From Chrysomallon squamiferum (Eukaryota > Animalia > Mollusca), in assembly GCA_012295275.1 (NCBI GenBank), contig CM022673.1, positions 9,672,001-9,736,000 of the forward strand: DNA of 64,000 nucleotides, given 5' to 3'. The notes beneath the pieces were generated by a model. The model was not told where the DNA came from. It made no database searches and saw nothing but the letters and a program-made list of their open reading frames with translations. Positions 1 through 12,235 of the stretch are shown one piece after another; within the stretch, counting starts at the first letter, position 1; each line of letters starts with the position of its first letter. Made by a program: the position numbers and the translations under genes.

Positions 1-1040
1 AAGATGGATAATTAATTTCTTTCAAATCAGAAAATCTGAATTTGAAATCGCTTACCATTATTTGTTATGCTCCACAATAACAAGACAAGTAGCATCTGTT
101 ACCTGACATTTATTCAGCCAATACAATTGTTCAAATATTTTGACAGAAATATTTTCTTGGGATAATTCCAGAAATGATACAAAGCCAAATATCTTGGCCT
201 TTGTTCCTTGGAGCTCCTTATTTAAGATATTGAGTTTTTCAAATATATCTGCTAAATAACTGACAAATGCTTTATCATAAACTGTCAGTAACAGAGTCAT
301 ATAAGGTTTGTCATCCAAGAACTCACTAAGAATATCAAATAATTCCATGAATCTTTTCAGGCAATTCCCCTTTGATAACCACCTTACATCAGTATGAAGT
401 AATGATCTTACATAGTCTGCATTTTGATCCTTGCAAAATTGTTTGAAAAGACGCTCACATTTGGCATTAGCTTTTATAGTGTTGATGCATTTTATAACTG
501 CATTCAATGTCTCGTTTAGAACAGGGGCAACTTTTTTGGAAACTAAATTCTGTCTATGAATAACACAATGCACTAACAACATTTGGGGATTGTCGTCTTT
601 CAATAATTTTAAAACTCCATTTTTCTTGCCCATCATCACTGGAGCACCGTCTGCAGCACAAGATATAAAGTTTTCCATTGGTATCTGCTTATCATCTAAA
701 TATGTTTTTAATTTCTTATATATATCAATTGCAATAGTGGTGGTTTCTAATGCTTCGCAAAATAGCATATCCTCAATAAATTCTCCATTATCAACATATC
801 TTACATAGGCCATTAACAGAGCTTCACTATCTCTTACAGTTGATTCGTCCAACTGTATTGAAAAATTTGTATATTTTAATTTTTCAACAAGTTGTACTTC
901 TACATCACAACTCATTTCATCAATCCTGCTATTAACAGTATTATTACTGAGCGATATGCTTTTGAGATCTTGGTCATCTTTTTCAAGAACCACTTTCAGA
1001 AAAGTTGATATTGCGGGCTTAATTAAATTCTCCCCTATTG
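1..1040 (-). pseudogene. hAT (Buster/ZBED8/SCAND3/FAM200-like) transposase remnant
   Basis: ORF 58..993 has hAT motifs QLDEST, ADGAPVM, HCVIHRQNL (CxxH) and RWLSKG. In-frame upstream sequence TIGENLIKPA stops at a (TA)n run near 1040, so the N-terminal BED region is missing. After the stop at 58 the homology appears to continue in another frame (VSDFKFRFSDLKEINYPS), i.e. a frameshift. Confidence 0.88.
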
Positions 1041-1686
1041 TATATATATAAAAAAATAAATTTAATATCTAACTTCTGTAACATACAAGGCACAATGTCA
1101 ATATGCAGTTGCCATTTCAAGTAAATATTGAGCTTTATATTCACAGTTTTAAATTAATGTTACTGTGACAAGATCAATTAATGGTTATTTTTATACATTA
1201 TTTTCAGAGAATAACAAGATCAATAATCATAATGAAAAGCACTTTAACCAGCCCTCTCAGTGAAGCTAAAAAACAGAGACAGATAACTATATCAACATGA
1301 AACTTGCATTTGTGTTTAATTCAGTCCTGCTTCCATGCTTTATTCTGCACATTTAATTTGGTTGTAGTTAGTTTCCTCTCTTTTTTTAGCTTCAGTGGGA
1401 GCGTTGAGCATCTGACTAAAACTCACCTTCTTAAACAAGTTAGAAGCCACGCATATAGCTGGTGCCAGATGCATGATAACATTAGTGGGTGAACACTTGG
1501 CTAGACTGCACAAGCTGTTGTGCTCAGCTAGGTTGTAATTACAATTTTACCCTATACATTTATAATTTTTACCCATATAGGGTAAAATAAAAAAAAATGT
1601 TGTTATTACTATATTTTTCATATTGCCCCCCTATTATTATTGAATTGCCCCCCAGTGGGGCGTAGGCCCCACGTTGGGAATCACTG
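1..1686 (-). mobile_element. Degenerate hAT-superfamily DNA transposon (Buster/Charlie-like); 5' end inside the window, 3' end beyond the left edge
   Basis: The terminal sequence read on the minus strand from 1686 is CAGTGATTCCCAACGTGGGG, a Buster/Charlie-type TIR. The adjacent 8 bp, ctcTAcac (1687-1694), fit the NNNTANNN Buster target consensus, and the same 8-mer occurs uninterrupted at the paralogous empty site 7814-7821. Subterminal TTTACCC/GGGTAAA repeats lie at 1544-1588. A transposase remnant is inside. Confidence 0.85.
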
Positions 1687-3464
1687 CTCTACACAAAACA
1701 AATACCAAAGGCTGAAGTCAAAATCATGATACCCAACAGATTGATTGTAAAATAAAAGAAGAAGAAAAAGGCGGATCGCGGGACCTCTCAAATCATTTGC
1801 TGTATCTGCTACGTTTCATTTATGCCGAGAAAAAATAGTAATAAATAACAAAGAATAAAAAAAATCAAATAACTAAAATAAGTGTTTCGATCACACATCA
1901 AAGTAGAATTTACTCGATGTGATCACACGCCAAAGTAGCACCAAAATATCTTATAACTTTATAATATATTCAGGAAAGAAGGTCATAAAAAATTCAATAT
2001 TACTAAGAGGTGTCACTCGCATTCAAGTTGCAAGCATGAAAACTCATTTATCTGCAGCTCCGTCAAAGTGAGAATATTCATTTAACTAAATGAGAAACTG
2101 CAGACGAGAAGAAATTAAGTCTCCAACATTTACACAGACATTCTTAACAGAAATAAACGAATTCTTGTATGGTGTTAGATTATTTTTGCTAGTAATGAAA
2201 TATGTCAAGGGCATCTGGTAAATATTAAATTCATAATTTTGTTGTAAATACAAGACGTGATCATTGTTAGGAATAATTCTCCTCCCAAGATTCACTGTGC
2301 TATTTTTCGCAAAGTGCTCTTGTAACTACGGGTAGGAGTAACACATAAAATATTCGTTAATTGTAAGTGGAAGAAAAACAGAGCAACTTTGCTATTAAGA
2401 GTAATTGTAGGAAAAAGAATCAGCTTCACATAATAATACATAAAGTTAACAAATTCAGATTGGTGATACTGTTAAACAAAATAAATTTAACTTTTCAGTT
2501 CCTGTGAATCAAAACCACGTACTCAAACGTCACCTTTCTTTAGATTTTTGATTACATATATATTCTGAAAGGTGAACAAAATGATATATATGTCCTAAAA
2601 TAAATATGTGTACAGATATCTAAATACTGTCTTGATTTTACTTAAAAGCACTATGAACTTTCTTCGAACCAAATACATTTCTGTTCATAAGACAAACTAG
2701 TCGGAGACTAAGACGTATCTAGGGAATATGGCGCTTACGACAAACTCTGAAACTGAGCTCCTGTCCAAACATTTGACAGCCATCTGTCAGACAACTAACT
2801 ATATGATAAAGTCAGCTCAAAAATATCAGTGAAGATTAAAAGAAAGTTGGATAAGATAATATTCCTTTTAGAATTTATCATCGTCAGCAAAAGAGAATTG
2901 CTTCCAATTAACACATTACTGTTCTCTTTGATGTCCACTTTAAAAATGACATTATACTGACACTATATCATTTTCCAAACTGTTTGAACTAACTCATGGC
3001 TTATAGTTTGTTCAACCAAAGTTTAGAATTTCACGTTTTCGGAACTGCGAGTATCTACTGGTTAAGATTAATTTGGTATGGCACCACACACTAGGGCTTT
3101 CGCTGCACCATCCATTATAGTCCCTGCGATTCAAAGTCAAATTAACAGAATGTACTATACACTTATACAGAATTTTGTGTTTAAACTGTCAATGTCCTGT
3201 AGACGTAAAGGTTTTCAAATACAAGAAATGGCAGTATACAGAATGTATTTAGTCTGTTTATTCTTCAAACGAAAATAGAAAGAATAATATGTTGTTGCCA
3301 GTCTGTTGTGCATCTATTAGTTTATCTATTAGTTCTGAAATGAATAATAAAATTACTGTTAGTATTTTATTAGCAAACCTTAACACCGCATGAGAAAAGA
3401 GAATTTTATCACACACAGACTACGAAACAAAACAATAATCTAATCCGAAGATCTGAAAGGTGTA

Positions 3465-3657
3465 TTCCGAACATAAATTATCTGACCAATGTAAATTTAA
3501 TGTAAAATTCCTCATTGGATATTCCATTTGGACTGATTACAAAGCAGCAGATGTCAACTAATTAGCATGTTAGTGATTATAAAAGGACCACTTCTACGAC
3601 ATCAACTTCATCCTGTCTGCAGCCAGCAAGTATACCACATCTACTTGAACCAACAAG
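3465..3657 (+). promoter_or_regulatory. Core promoter and non-coding exon 1 of acidic gene copy 1
   Basis: TATAAAA at 3578-3584, Inr-like TCA about 30 nt downstream, donor AAG|GTAATT at 3657/3658. The block is near-identical in all five copies (TATA also at 9656, 14614, 21912, 28651). Confidence 0.7.
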
Positions 3658-4065
3658 GTAATTTACTATTTTATAATAATTTAATAATTTGATAATGATT
3701 GGAAACAAAACAATATTTTATTGTAAATTTAAATATTTAAATAACATTTCGACATTGTTGAAGCCAGTAATATTAAAATAATATAGTGAATAGAGATAAA
3801 CTAATAGAATGTAATATACAAAACTATTCAGAGTTTCGTGTATAAACCATCAATGAACTGCCGGTCTGGAGTATTTAAAATAAAAGTTGTGGAAGTATAC
3901 AGAATTTATTTAGTCTATTTACTCTTCAAAGAAATACAGCAAGAAAACCATGAATTCAAATAAACCTATAGTCCATCAAATAAAGGAAAAGAGAAATTAA
4001 TAATATTTAAAATAAATTATCGAAGACTAAAGAAACAAACATATATTTCATATTTCTATTTACAG

Positions 4066-5453
4066 ATGAGATTTTGTATTTTCCTTCTGTGTCTTTTGGC
4101 AACCACAGCATTCGCCTACAGAATAACAGTGGAAGATGGGGGTAGGTCCAGTAATTCTCTTTATTTCATAAATTATATTAGAACTAATTGAGTTAAGTTT
4201 TCGATTCTTGCCGATTTCTAATCAGTTTTCCTTAAAATATTTACGATATTTATCACCAGTCGTTTAAACTTAATCATAAGTTAATTTAACATAAGTTGTA
4301 AAGAAATAATTAATGTTAGACTAATGACAAGAAGTATTTACTTCAAATACAATTTTGTGGTAGCTGTATGGCTGAGCATATTTGCATTTATATCTTGGTT
4401 TTTCTAATGATATCAAATATTATATATATATATATTTGAAAATGTCTTTACAAGCCAATCCTGTCTTAGATAATGATAAATTTCATGTGACTGTTGTTTT
4501 TCTTCTAATACACTTTCATTGATTCGTCCCTATACTGTTGTTACAACTGAAATGATGTGTATCTTTAGAAGACGTTTCCGATGATGGTGAAGTAGAGGAA
4601 TTACTGGAAACACTTTTAGAAGATATGGATGATTCTGACGACGGTGACGACGACGGAGACGACGACGAAGAATTAATTGAAGACCTTCTTGAGGCTGCTT
4701 TGATTTTGGAAGAAGACGACGATGATGATGAAGATGATGATGATGATATGGGTGATGATATGGATGATGGTTCCATGGATGAGGAAACTTTGATAGGTGT
4801 TTTGGAAAATATCCTGGGTGATGATGATGATGATGATATGGATGATGGTTCTTTGGATGAGGATTCTTTGCTAGGTGCTTTGGAAGAGCTCTTGGGCGAT
4901 GATGACAATGACAACGACGATGATGAGGGTGATGATGATTTGAGTGAGATGTTGGGTGATGGAGATGATGATGATGACGATGACGATGAATCTCCTGAAG
5001 GCTTGCTCGACCTGTCAGACAACTTGCGACTGTTAGGTAACGTTCTGGCTCAGAGGAAAGAAACGGAGGCTGCGGAGACTCTGATAAAAGCAGCAGACAC
5101 CATTGACAAAATAATTAACGATGCTGTGCAAGAAATGACCGGGGGCATGGAAGAGGAAATAAACGAAGCCGATGCAGAAAATAAACAGGATATAGAAGAA
5201 CAAGCCAAAGAGGCAGTGGAAGAAATTGCTGAAGAAGAAAGTGAAGAATCCCAAATTGAAGAGGAATTGAAGAAAGAAGAAGAGTCGAACCCGGAAGAAG
5301 TTAAAAGAGGTATGAAGAAAAAGCGGTTTAAATAAAGTATTATAGGTTAAGCTAAAATCATTTATTGTAAGTAACAACATTTCGTAATTAATTAATTCAT
5401 TCATTCATACAGTGAAATACAATACACCAACAACATTCACCACTCGTAAAGCA

Positions 5454-5527
<74 letters not shown>

Positions 5528-6045
5528 ATAAAAAATATAAAATAAAAGAACTAAATCTCCACTAACTAAATAAATAAATAAAAGTATTCAATGAAAAACG
5601 ACAAAGCAAAACAAATAAAAAGAAAAATGAAACAAAATCTAATGTTATAAATGTAACCAATATCGCTTGTACTAGTTACATCATACAGCAATAGTAAAAT
5701 AAAAAAAACAAAAATTAGAAAAACCCACTGTATTGTAAATGTAACCAATATCGTTTGTACCACTAACAAATTAACTATCCATACTGATACTTCTGTAATT
5801 ATTATTATCAATAATAACTAGTAATACTAGAGCAGCGGATCATTTTCAAACAGTTTGTTTTTCTTTTTAAACAACAGTTACTTAAATGAAGAATATTGTA
5901 TCTGCAATAATTAATACTGCTATTCTTGGTAATACTGTTAGTGCTGCTGTTGTAGTTGTTATTATTATTGAATTATGTTTCAGATGCAGATCAGGGAACA
6001 ACATGTCGACCTCGACGACGTCGCAGTACCACACAAAGCCCATAG
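4066..6045 (+). CDS. Secreted Asp/Glu-rich protein, copy 1 (292 aa)
   Basis: Coding exons 4066-4141 (MRFCIFLLCLLATTAFA|YRITVEDG, signal peptide), 4569-5309 (acidic domain) and 5984-6045 (DADQGTTCRPRRRRSTTQSP*). GT-AG introns, both phase 1, frame continuous. AATAAA at 6112-6117. Confidence 0.88.
5454..5530. repeat. (AAT)n microsatellite followed by a poly-A run in intron 3 of copy 1
   Basis: Directly visible. Confidence 0.9.
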
Positions 6046-7346
6046 ATCACTTGAACACACTCATCTTGACTACTGCACGTTTTCAATGACTTGAAATTGA
6101 ATCTTATCTGGAATAAAAAAGTATATTTAAAACAAAAATCACATTTGTTTGTTTTTACTGTTTCAAGGTTATTATTTTCTTATATAGTACAACAGTAAAT
6201 AAATATAAAGAAATAATTACAGTGTATAAATAATCTTTCGTACAAGAAACTCGCCTTCACAAGACTGTCCAAGATTTAAATACGTCAAGAGAGAATAAGG
6301 AAGTGAAACGAAACAAGCAAAAATTTGATGATAGAGTTTATGTTGAATCATTCAGAAGATGATCAAGAAAGAAAGCTCATAAGATAATTCTCCATGGGTC
6401 ACTTGAAAAAATAACAATAAAAATCCAAATTTAATGAGTTGGCTATTAGTTTCCAAGATTTCCACAATCTGGCTTCAAAATTCAATGTCGTGTCACAGAA
6501 ACTATTTGAAGTATTGTATTAAAGATATTTTGAAGATTTAAATATGCTGAAATGAAGAATGCAAAAACAACAACAAAAAAACCCCAAAAGCAACAAAACA
6601 AACAATAAGAACAAAAAACCATCTAAATAAATAAGTAAATGAATAGAAAAAAAACGTCAAAGAATTCATTATAGATTTTGAATGAGAAATCATCAGAAAG
6701 TTTTAATGAGAATTTGAATTATTACATGGAATATTTATATCTTTAATTTTATTTTTGTGTGCACTAAAACATTTACTTGAACAAAAATAAAAAATACCCC
6801 AATTTCACCTAAGAGTACCCAGATTTAACTAGTAGTTAACAAGAAAGTTTCAGTATTTCAGTATTGTCATATGTTTATATATCTTACACGTCTTGTAGAG
6901 ACAGACAAAACATTTTTTAACATTTGGTTGTTGGCTGTTTGTTTCTGATGGGTCGCAGGCAAATGTGAAGAGTAAAGTTGTTGGTTTATAACATAATGTG
7001 AAACAAGTTTAATTATTTAAACTTGAAAACATTGCTGTCAACACTGCAGCGATTTGGAAACAAAAGTAAGACTAGCCAGGGAAAAATTACTGTTAGAATT
7101 GATTATTGTTGTATAACGTCATTAATTATTATTTTCTTAAACTAGTGTAAGGTATAAAATTTACTAAATATAATTATCATGTAACATGATAGAATATGTA
7201 TTACGTAAATTTTTTTATGATTTTATTTTTTATTTTTTGCTGACTAATTTCTGCTAATAAAGATTTATCAATCTTTTTCATTAGTGTATCTTTTTGTGTT
7301 GGATATTTATTTATTTATTATTATTATTATTGAAAGTAATAGCAGT

Positions 7347-7372
7347 GTAGTAGTAGTAGTAGTAATAGTAGC

Positions 7373-7428
<56 letters not shown>
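7347..7428. repeat. (GTA)n microsatellite
   Basis: Directly visible; it generates the spurious poly-V and poly-Y ORFs. Confidence 0.95.
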
Positions 7429-10158
7429 CAACAACCATAGAAGCAGTAGCAATAAAAATAATGTGGTATATTATCAATGGAAACAATTAAGTGTATGCGA
7501 CACACAGATAACAAGGTAGTCGTGCCTCTTTACTATTCCAGGGTACGCAATCCGCGATTGTCTGTTCTATGTATATTCTATTTTGCCGTCGATTTTTTAT
7601 TTTTTATCTTTTTTAAATTTTATTAATTTAGTTTTCCTTATTAAATTAAACCCACAACGGAATTAGTGACAACCGTTCTCAAAAACTCGCATTCAGTGCT
7701 CATCAACGCCAGCAGATTCAAATGTTTTTCTCCCATCGTCTTTCTTTGTGTATTGGTTATGCGGCGCAGTTTGGAAAACGAACGCTCAACAAAAAAATTG
7801 TTCTAAAACGTACCTCTACACAAAACATAAATACCAAGGGCTGTAGTCAAAATCATGATACCCAACAGATTGATTGAAAAATAAAAGAAGAAGAAAAAGG
7901 CGGATCGCGGGATCTCTGAAAGCATTTGCTGTATCTGCTACGTTTCATTTATGCCGAGAAAAAATAGTAATAAATAACAAAGAATAAAAAAAAAAATCCA
8001 ATAACTAAAATAAGCGCTTCGATCAGACACCAAAGTAGAATTTACTCGATGTGATCACACGCCAAAGTAGCACCAAAATATCTTATGACGCCATTGTAGT
8101 TCATAACTTTATAATATATTGAGAAAAGAAGGTCATAAAAAATTCAATATTACTAAGAGGTGTCACTCGCATTCAAGCTGCAAGCATCAAAACTCATTTA
8201 TCTGCAGCTCCGTCAAAGTGAGAATATTCATTTAACTAAATGAGAAACTGCAGACGAGAAGAAATTAAGTCTCCAACATTTACACAGACATTCTTAACAG
8301 AAATAAACGAATTCTTGTATGGTGTTAGATTATTTTTGCTAGTAATGAAATATGTCAAGGGCATCTGGTAAATATTAAATTCATAATTTTGTTCTAATAC
8401 AAGACGTGATCATTATTAGGAAAAATTCTCCTCCCAAGATTCACTGTGCTTTTCTTCGTAAAGTGCTCTGATAACTACGGGTAGGAACACATAAAATATT
8501 CTTTAATTGTTAGTGGAAGAAAAACACAGCAACTTTGCTTTTAACACTAAATGTAGGAAAAAGAACGAGCTTCACATAATAATACATAAAGTTAACAAAT
8601 TCAGATTCGTGATACTGTTAAACAAAATAAACTTAACTTTGTTTTGATTTTTGATTACATATATATTCTGAAAGCTGCACAAAATAATATATATGTCCTA
8701 AAATAAATATGTGTACAAATATCTAAATACTGTCTGAATTTCACTTAAAAACACTATACACTTTTTTCGAACCAAATACATTTCTGTTTATATGAAAAAT
8801 GAGTCGGAGAAGGAGTGGTATCTAGGGCAAATGGAGCCTACGACAAGCACTGAAATTGAGCCCCCGTCCAAACATTTGACACCCCTCTGTCAGATAAATA
8901 ACTATATGATAAAGTCAGCTCAGAAATATCAGTGAAGTTTAAAAGAAAGAAACTTTAGATAAGATACCTTCTAGAATTTATCATGATCAGAAAAATATAC
9001 TTGAATCCAATTAACTGAGTTATTATTCTCTTTCATAGCGACTTTAAAAATGATATTCTACTGACACTTTATGATTTTTCTCAGTGTTTTGAGTAACTAA
9101 TGGCTTATAGTTTGTTTAGAATTTCACATTTTCGAAACTGCGAGTATCAGCTGGTGTAGATTGATTTTGCTTTGGCTACACACATTAGGGCTATGGCTGC
9201 ACCACCCGTTATATACCCACTGAAGGTCAAATTAACAGAATATAACAGACAGACCTGTACAGCGTTTTGAGTTTGAACTACCAACGTACTGTAGGTGTGA
9301 AGGTTTTCAATTGCAAAATTTGAAGTATACAGAATGTATTTAGTCTGTTTATTCTTTCGCGAAAATTAAAGAATAATATGTTGTTGCCGGTGTGTATTCT
9401 GTACCTATTAGTTATGTAATGAATTACAACATTACTATTAGTATCTCATTAGCAAACCTGAAAACCACATGAGAAAAGAAAATTCATCATTCACAGCCTA
9501 CGAAACAAAACAATAATCTAATCCTAAGATCTGAAATGTGTGTTCCGAACATAAATTATCTGACCAATGTAAATTTAATGTAAAATTCCTCATTGGATAT
9601 TCCATTTGGACTGATTACAAAGAAGCAGATGTCAGCTAATTAGCATGTTAGTGATTATAAAAGGACCACTTCTACGACATCAACTTCATCCTGTCTGCAG
9701 CCAGCAAGTATACCACATCTACTTGAACCAACAAGATAATTTACTATTTTATAATAATTAAATAACTTGATAATGATTGGAAACAAAACAATATTTTATT
9801 GTAAATTTAAATATTTAAATAACATTTCGACATTGTTGAAGCCAGTAATATTAAAATAATATAGTGAATAGAGATAAATTAATAGAATGTAATATACAAA
9901 TTTATTCAGAGTTTCGTGTATAAACCATCAATGAACTCCAGCTGTGGAGATTTTAAAATAAAAATTGTGGAAGTAAACGGAATTTATTTAATCTATTTAT
10001 TCTTCAAACAAGAACAGCGAAAAAAACTATGAATTTAAATTGTGGTATACAGTAAATCTATATTCCATAAAAAAATAAAAATAAAAAAGAGAAGAAAAAA
10101 ACAATTTTCAAAGAACAAAGAAAAAAACAGATATTTATATTTATATTTCTATTTACAG

Positions 10159-11980
10159 ATGAGATTTTGTATTTTCCTTCTGTGTCTTTTGGCAACCACA
10201 GCTTTCGCCTACAGAATAACAGTCGAAGATGGGGGTAGGTCCAGAAATTCTCTTTATTTCATAAATTATAGTAAAACAAATTGAGCTAAGTTTTAGATTG
10301 TTGCCGATTTCAATTCAGTTTTTCTTTAAATATTTACGATATTTATCACCAATGGTTTAAACTTAATCATGAGTTGTAAAGAAATAATGAATGTTAGCCT
10401 AATGATAAGAAGTATTTATATCTTATTTGCTAGTAATAAGAAATATTATATATGTATATATTTCAAAATGTCTTTACAAGCCATCCTGTCTTACACTATG
10501 ATACATTTCGTGTGACTATTGTTTTATTTCTAATACATTTTCATTGATTCGTTCCTATACTGTTGTTACAACTGAAATGATGTGTATCTTTAGAAGACGT
10601 TTCCGATGATGGTGAAGTAGAGGAATTACTGGAAACACTTTTAGAAGATATGGATGATTCTGACGACGGTGACGACGACGGAGACGACGACGAAGAATTA
10701 ATTGAAGGCCTTCTTGAGGCTGCTTTGATTTTGGAAGAAGACGACGATGATGACGAAGATGATGATGATATGGATGATGATATGGATGATGGTTCCATGG
10801 ATGAGGAAACTTTGCTAGGTTTTTTGGAAAATATCTTGGGTGATGATGATGATGATGATATAGATGATGGTTCTATGGATGAGGATTCTTTGCTAGGTGC
10901 TTTGGAAGAGCTCTTGGGCGATGATGACAATGACAACGACGATGATGAGGGTGATGATGATTTGAGTGAGATGTTGGGTGATGGAGATGATGATGATGAC
11001 GATGACGATGAATCTCCTGAAGGCTTGCTCGACCTGTCAGACAACTTGCGACTGTTAGGTAACGTTCTGGCTCAGAGGAAAGAAACGGAGGCTGCGGAGA
11101 CTCTGATAAAAGCAGCAGACACTATTGACAAAATAATTAGCGATGCTGTGCAAGAAATGACCGGGGGCATGGAAGAGGAAATAAACGAAGCCGATGCAGA
11201 AAATAAACAGGATATAGAAGAACAAGCCAAAGAGGCAGTGGAAGAAATTGCTGAAGAAGAAAGTGAAGAATCACAAATTGAAGAGGAATTGAAGAAAGAA
11301 GAAGAGTCGAACCCAGAAGAAGCTAAAAGAGGTATGAAGAAAAAGCGGTTTAAATAAAGTATTATGGGTTAAGCTAAAATCATTTATTGTAAGTAACAGC
11401 ATTTTGTAATTAATTAAGTTAAGTAATGAAACCTGAAATACAATATAGCAACAACATTCACAACTCGTAAAGCCAAAAGATATTAACAGAAAAGTATGTA
11501 ACTAACTAAGGAAATAAATAAATAAATAAATGAAAGATATCAATGGAAAATAGCCAGGAAAACAAAGAAAATTGTAATAAAACCAAAGCAAATGTTATGA
11601 ATGTAACCAATATCATTTACATCAACTAAGAAAAAAAAAAAAATAAAAAAAAAATAAAAAGATAAAAATAAAATGAAACTAAAAACAAAACAAAAACAAT
11701 TATATATTATAAGTGTATCCAGTATCCTTAAATAAAGAAATTAGATAAAGAATATTATATCTGTGATAATAATAATAATAATAATAGCAACACGAAGAAG
11801 AACGAAACATTCATGATTTTGTTATGCGTTTTCTTGTTTCTGTTGTTACTACTGCTGTTGTTGTATATACTGTTATTGTTTCTGTTGTAGTTGTTATTAT
11901 TATTACATTTTGTTTCAGGTGCACATGAGGGATCAACACATCGTCCTCGACGACGTCGCAGTACCACACAAAGCCCATAG
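10159..11980 (+). CDS. Secreted Asp/Glu-rich protein, copy 2 (291 aa)
   Basis: Exons 10159-10234, 10594-11331 and 11919-11980 (GAHEGSTHRPRRRRSTTQSP*). TATA 9656-9662, AATAAA 12055-12060. The 5'UTR intron donor reads AT instead of GT at 9736-9737. Confidence 0.85.
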
Positions 11981-12235
11981 ATCACTTGGACACACTCACC
12001 TTGACCACTGACCACTGGACTTTTCAATGATGCTTGAAATTTAATCTTATCTGGAATAAAATGTATATTTAAAGAAAAATCACTTTTGTTTGTTTTTAAT
12101 ATTTCGCTGTCGTGTCTGTCTCAAGAGGATTATTTTCTTATGTAGTGCAACATACAGTGAATAAATTTAAAGAAATAATTACATTGTATCAATAACGTTT
12201 CGTATGAGAAACTCGATTTCACAAATAGTACTACA

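Noticed and set aside
4516-5022. Ser-rich minus-strand ORFs (also 10541, 15583, 22804, 29521) and Phe-rich ORFs at 5033 and 16169
   Set aside because: Antisense shadows of GAT/GAA-rich codons in the acidic exon; no independent promoter or splice support.
5310-5335. C-terminal GMKKKRFK in the ORF track, resembling an NLS
   Set aside because: Read-through past the G|GTATGA donor. It is not conserved (copy 5 ends GMNK*), while the downstream exon and poly-A signal are conserved in all copies. An intron-retained isoform cannot be fully excluded.
5886-6089. 67-68 aa ORFs with a hydrophobic start (also 24257, 31029) and minus-strand ORFs at 11755 and 16867
   Set aside because: They overlap the last exon in other frames and run through GTT/ATT-rich intron ends; the plus-strand version is not found in copies 2 and 3.
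7284-7514. Poly-Val, poly-Tyr and poly-Ile ORFs (also 30824, 38271, 48251, 57648)
   Set aside because: Translations of trinucleotide microsatellites.
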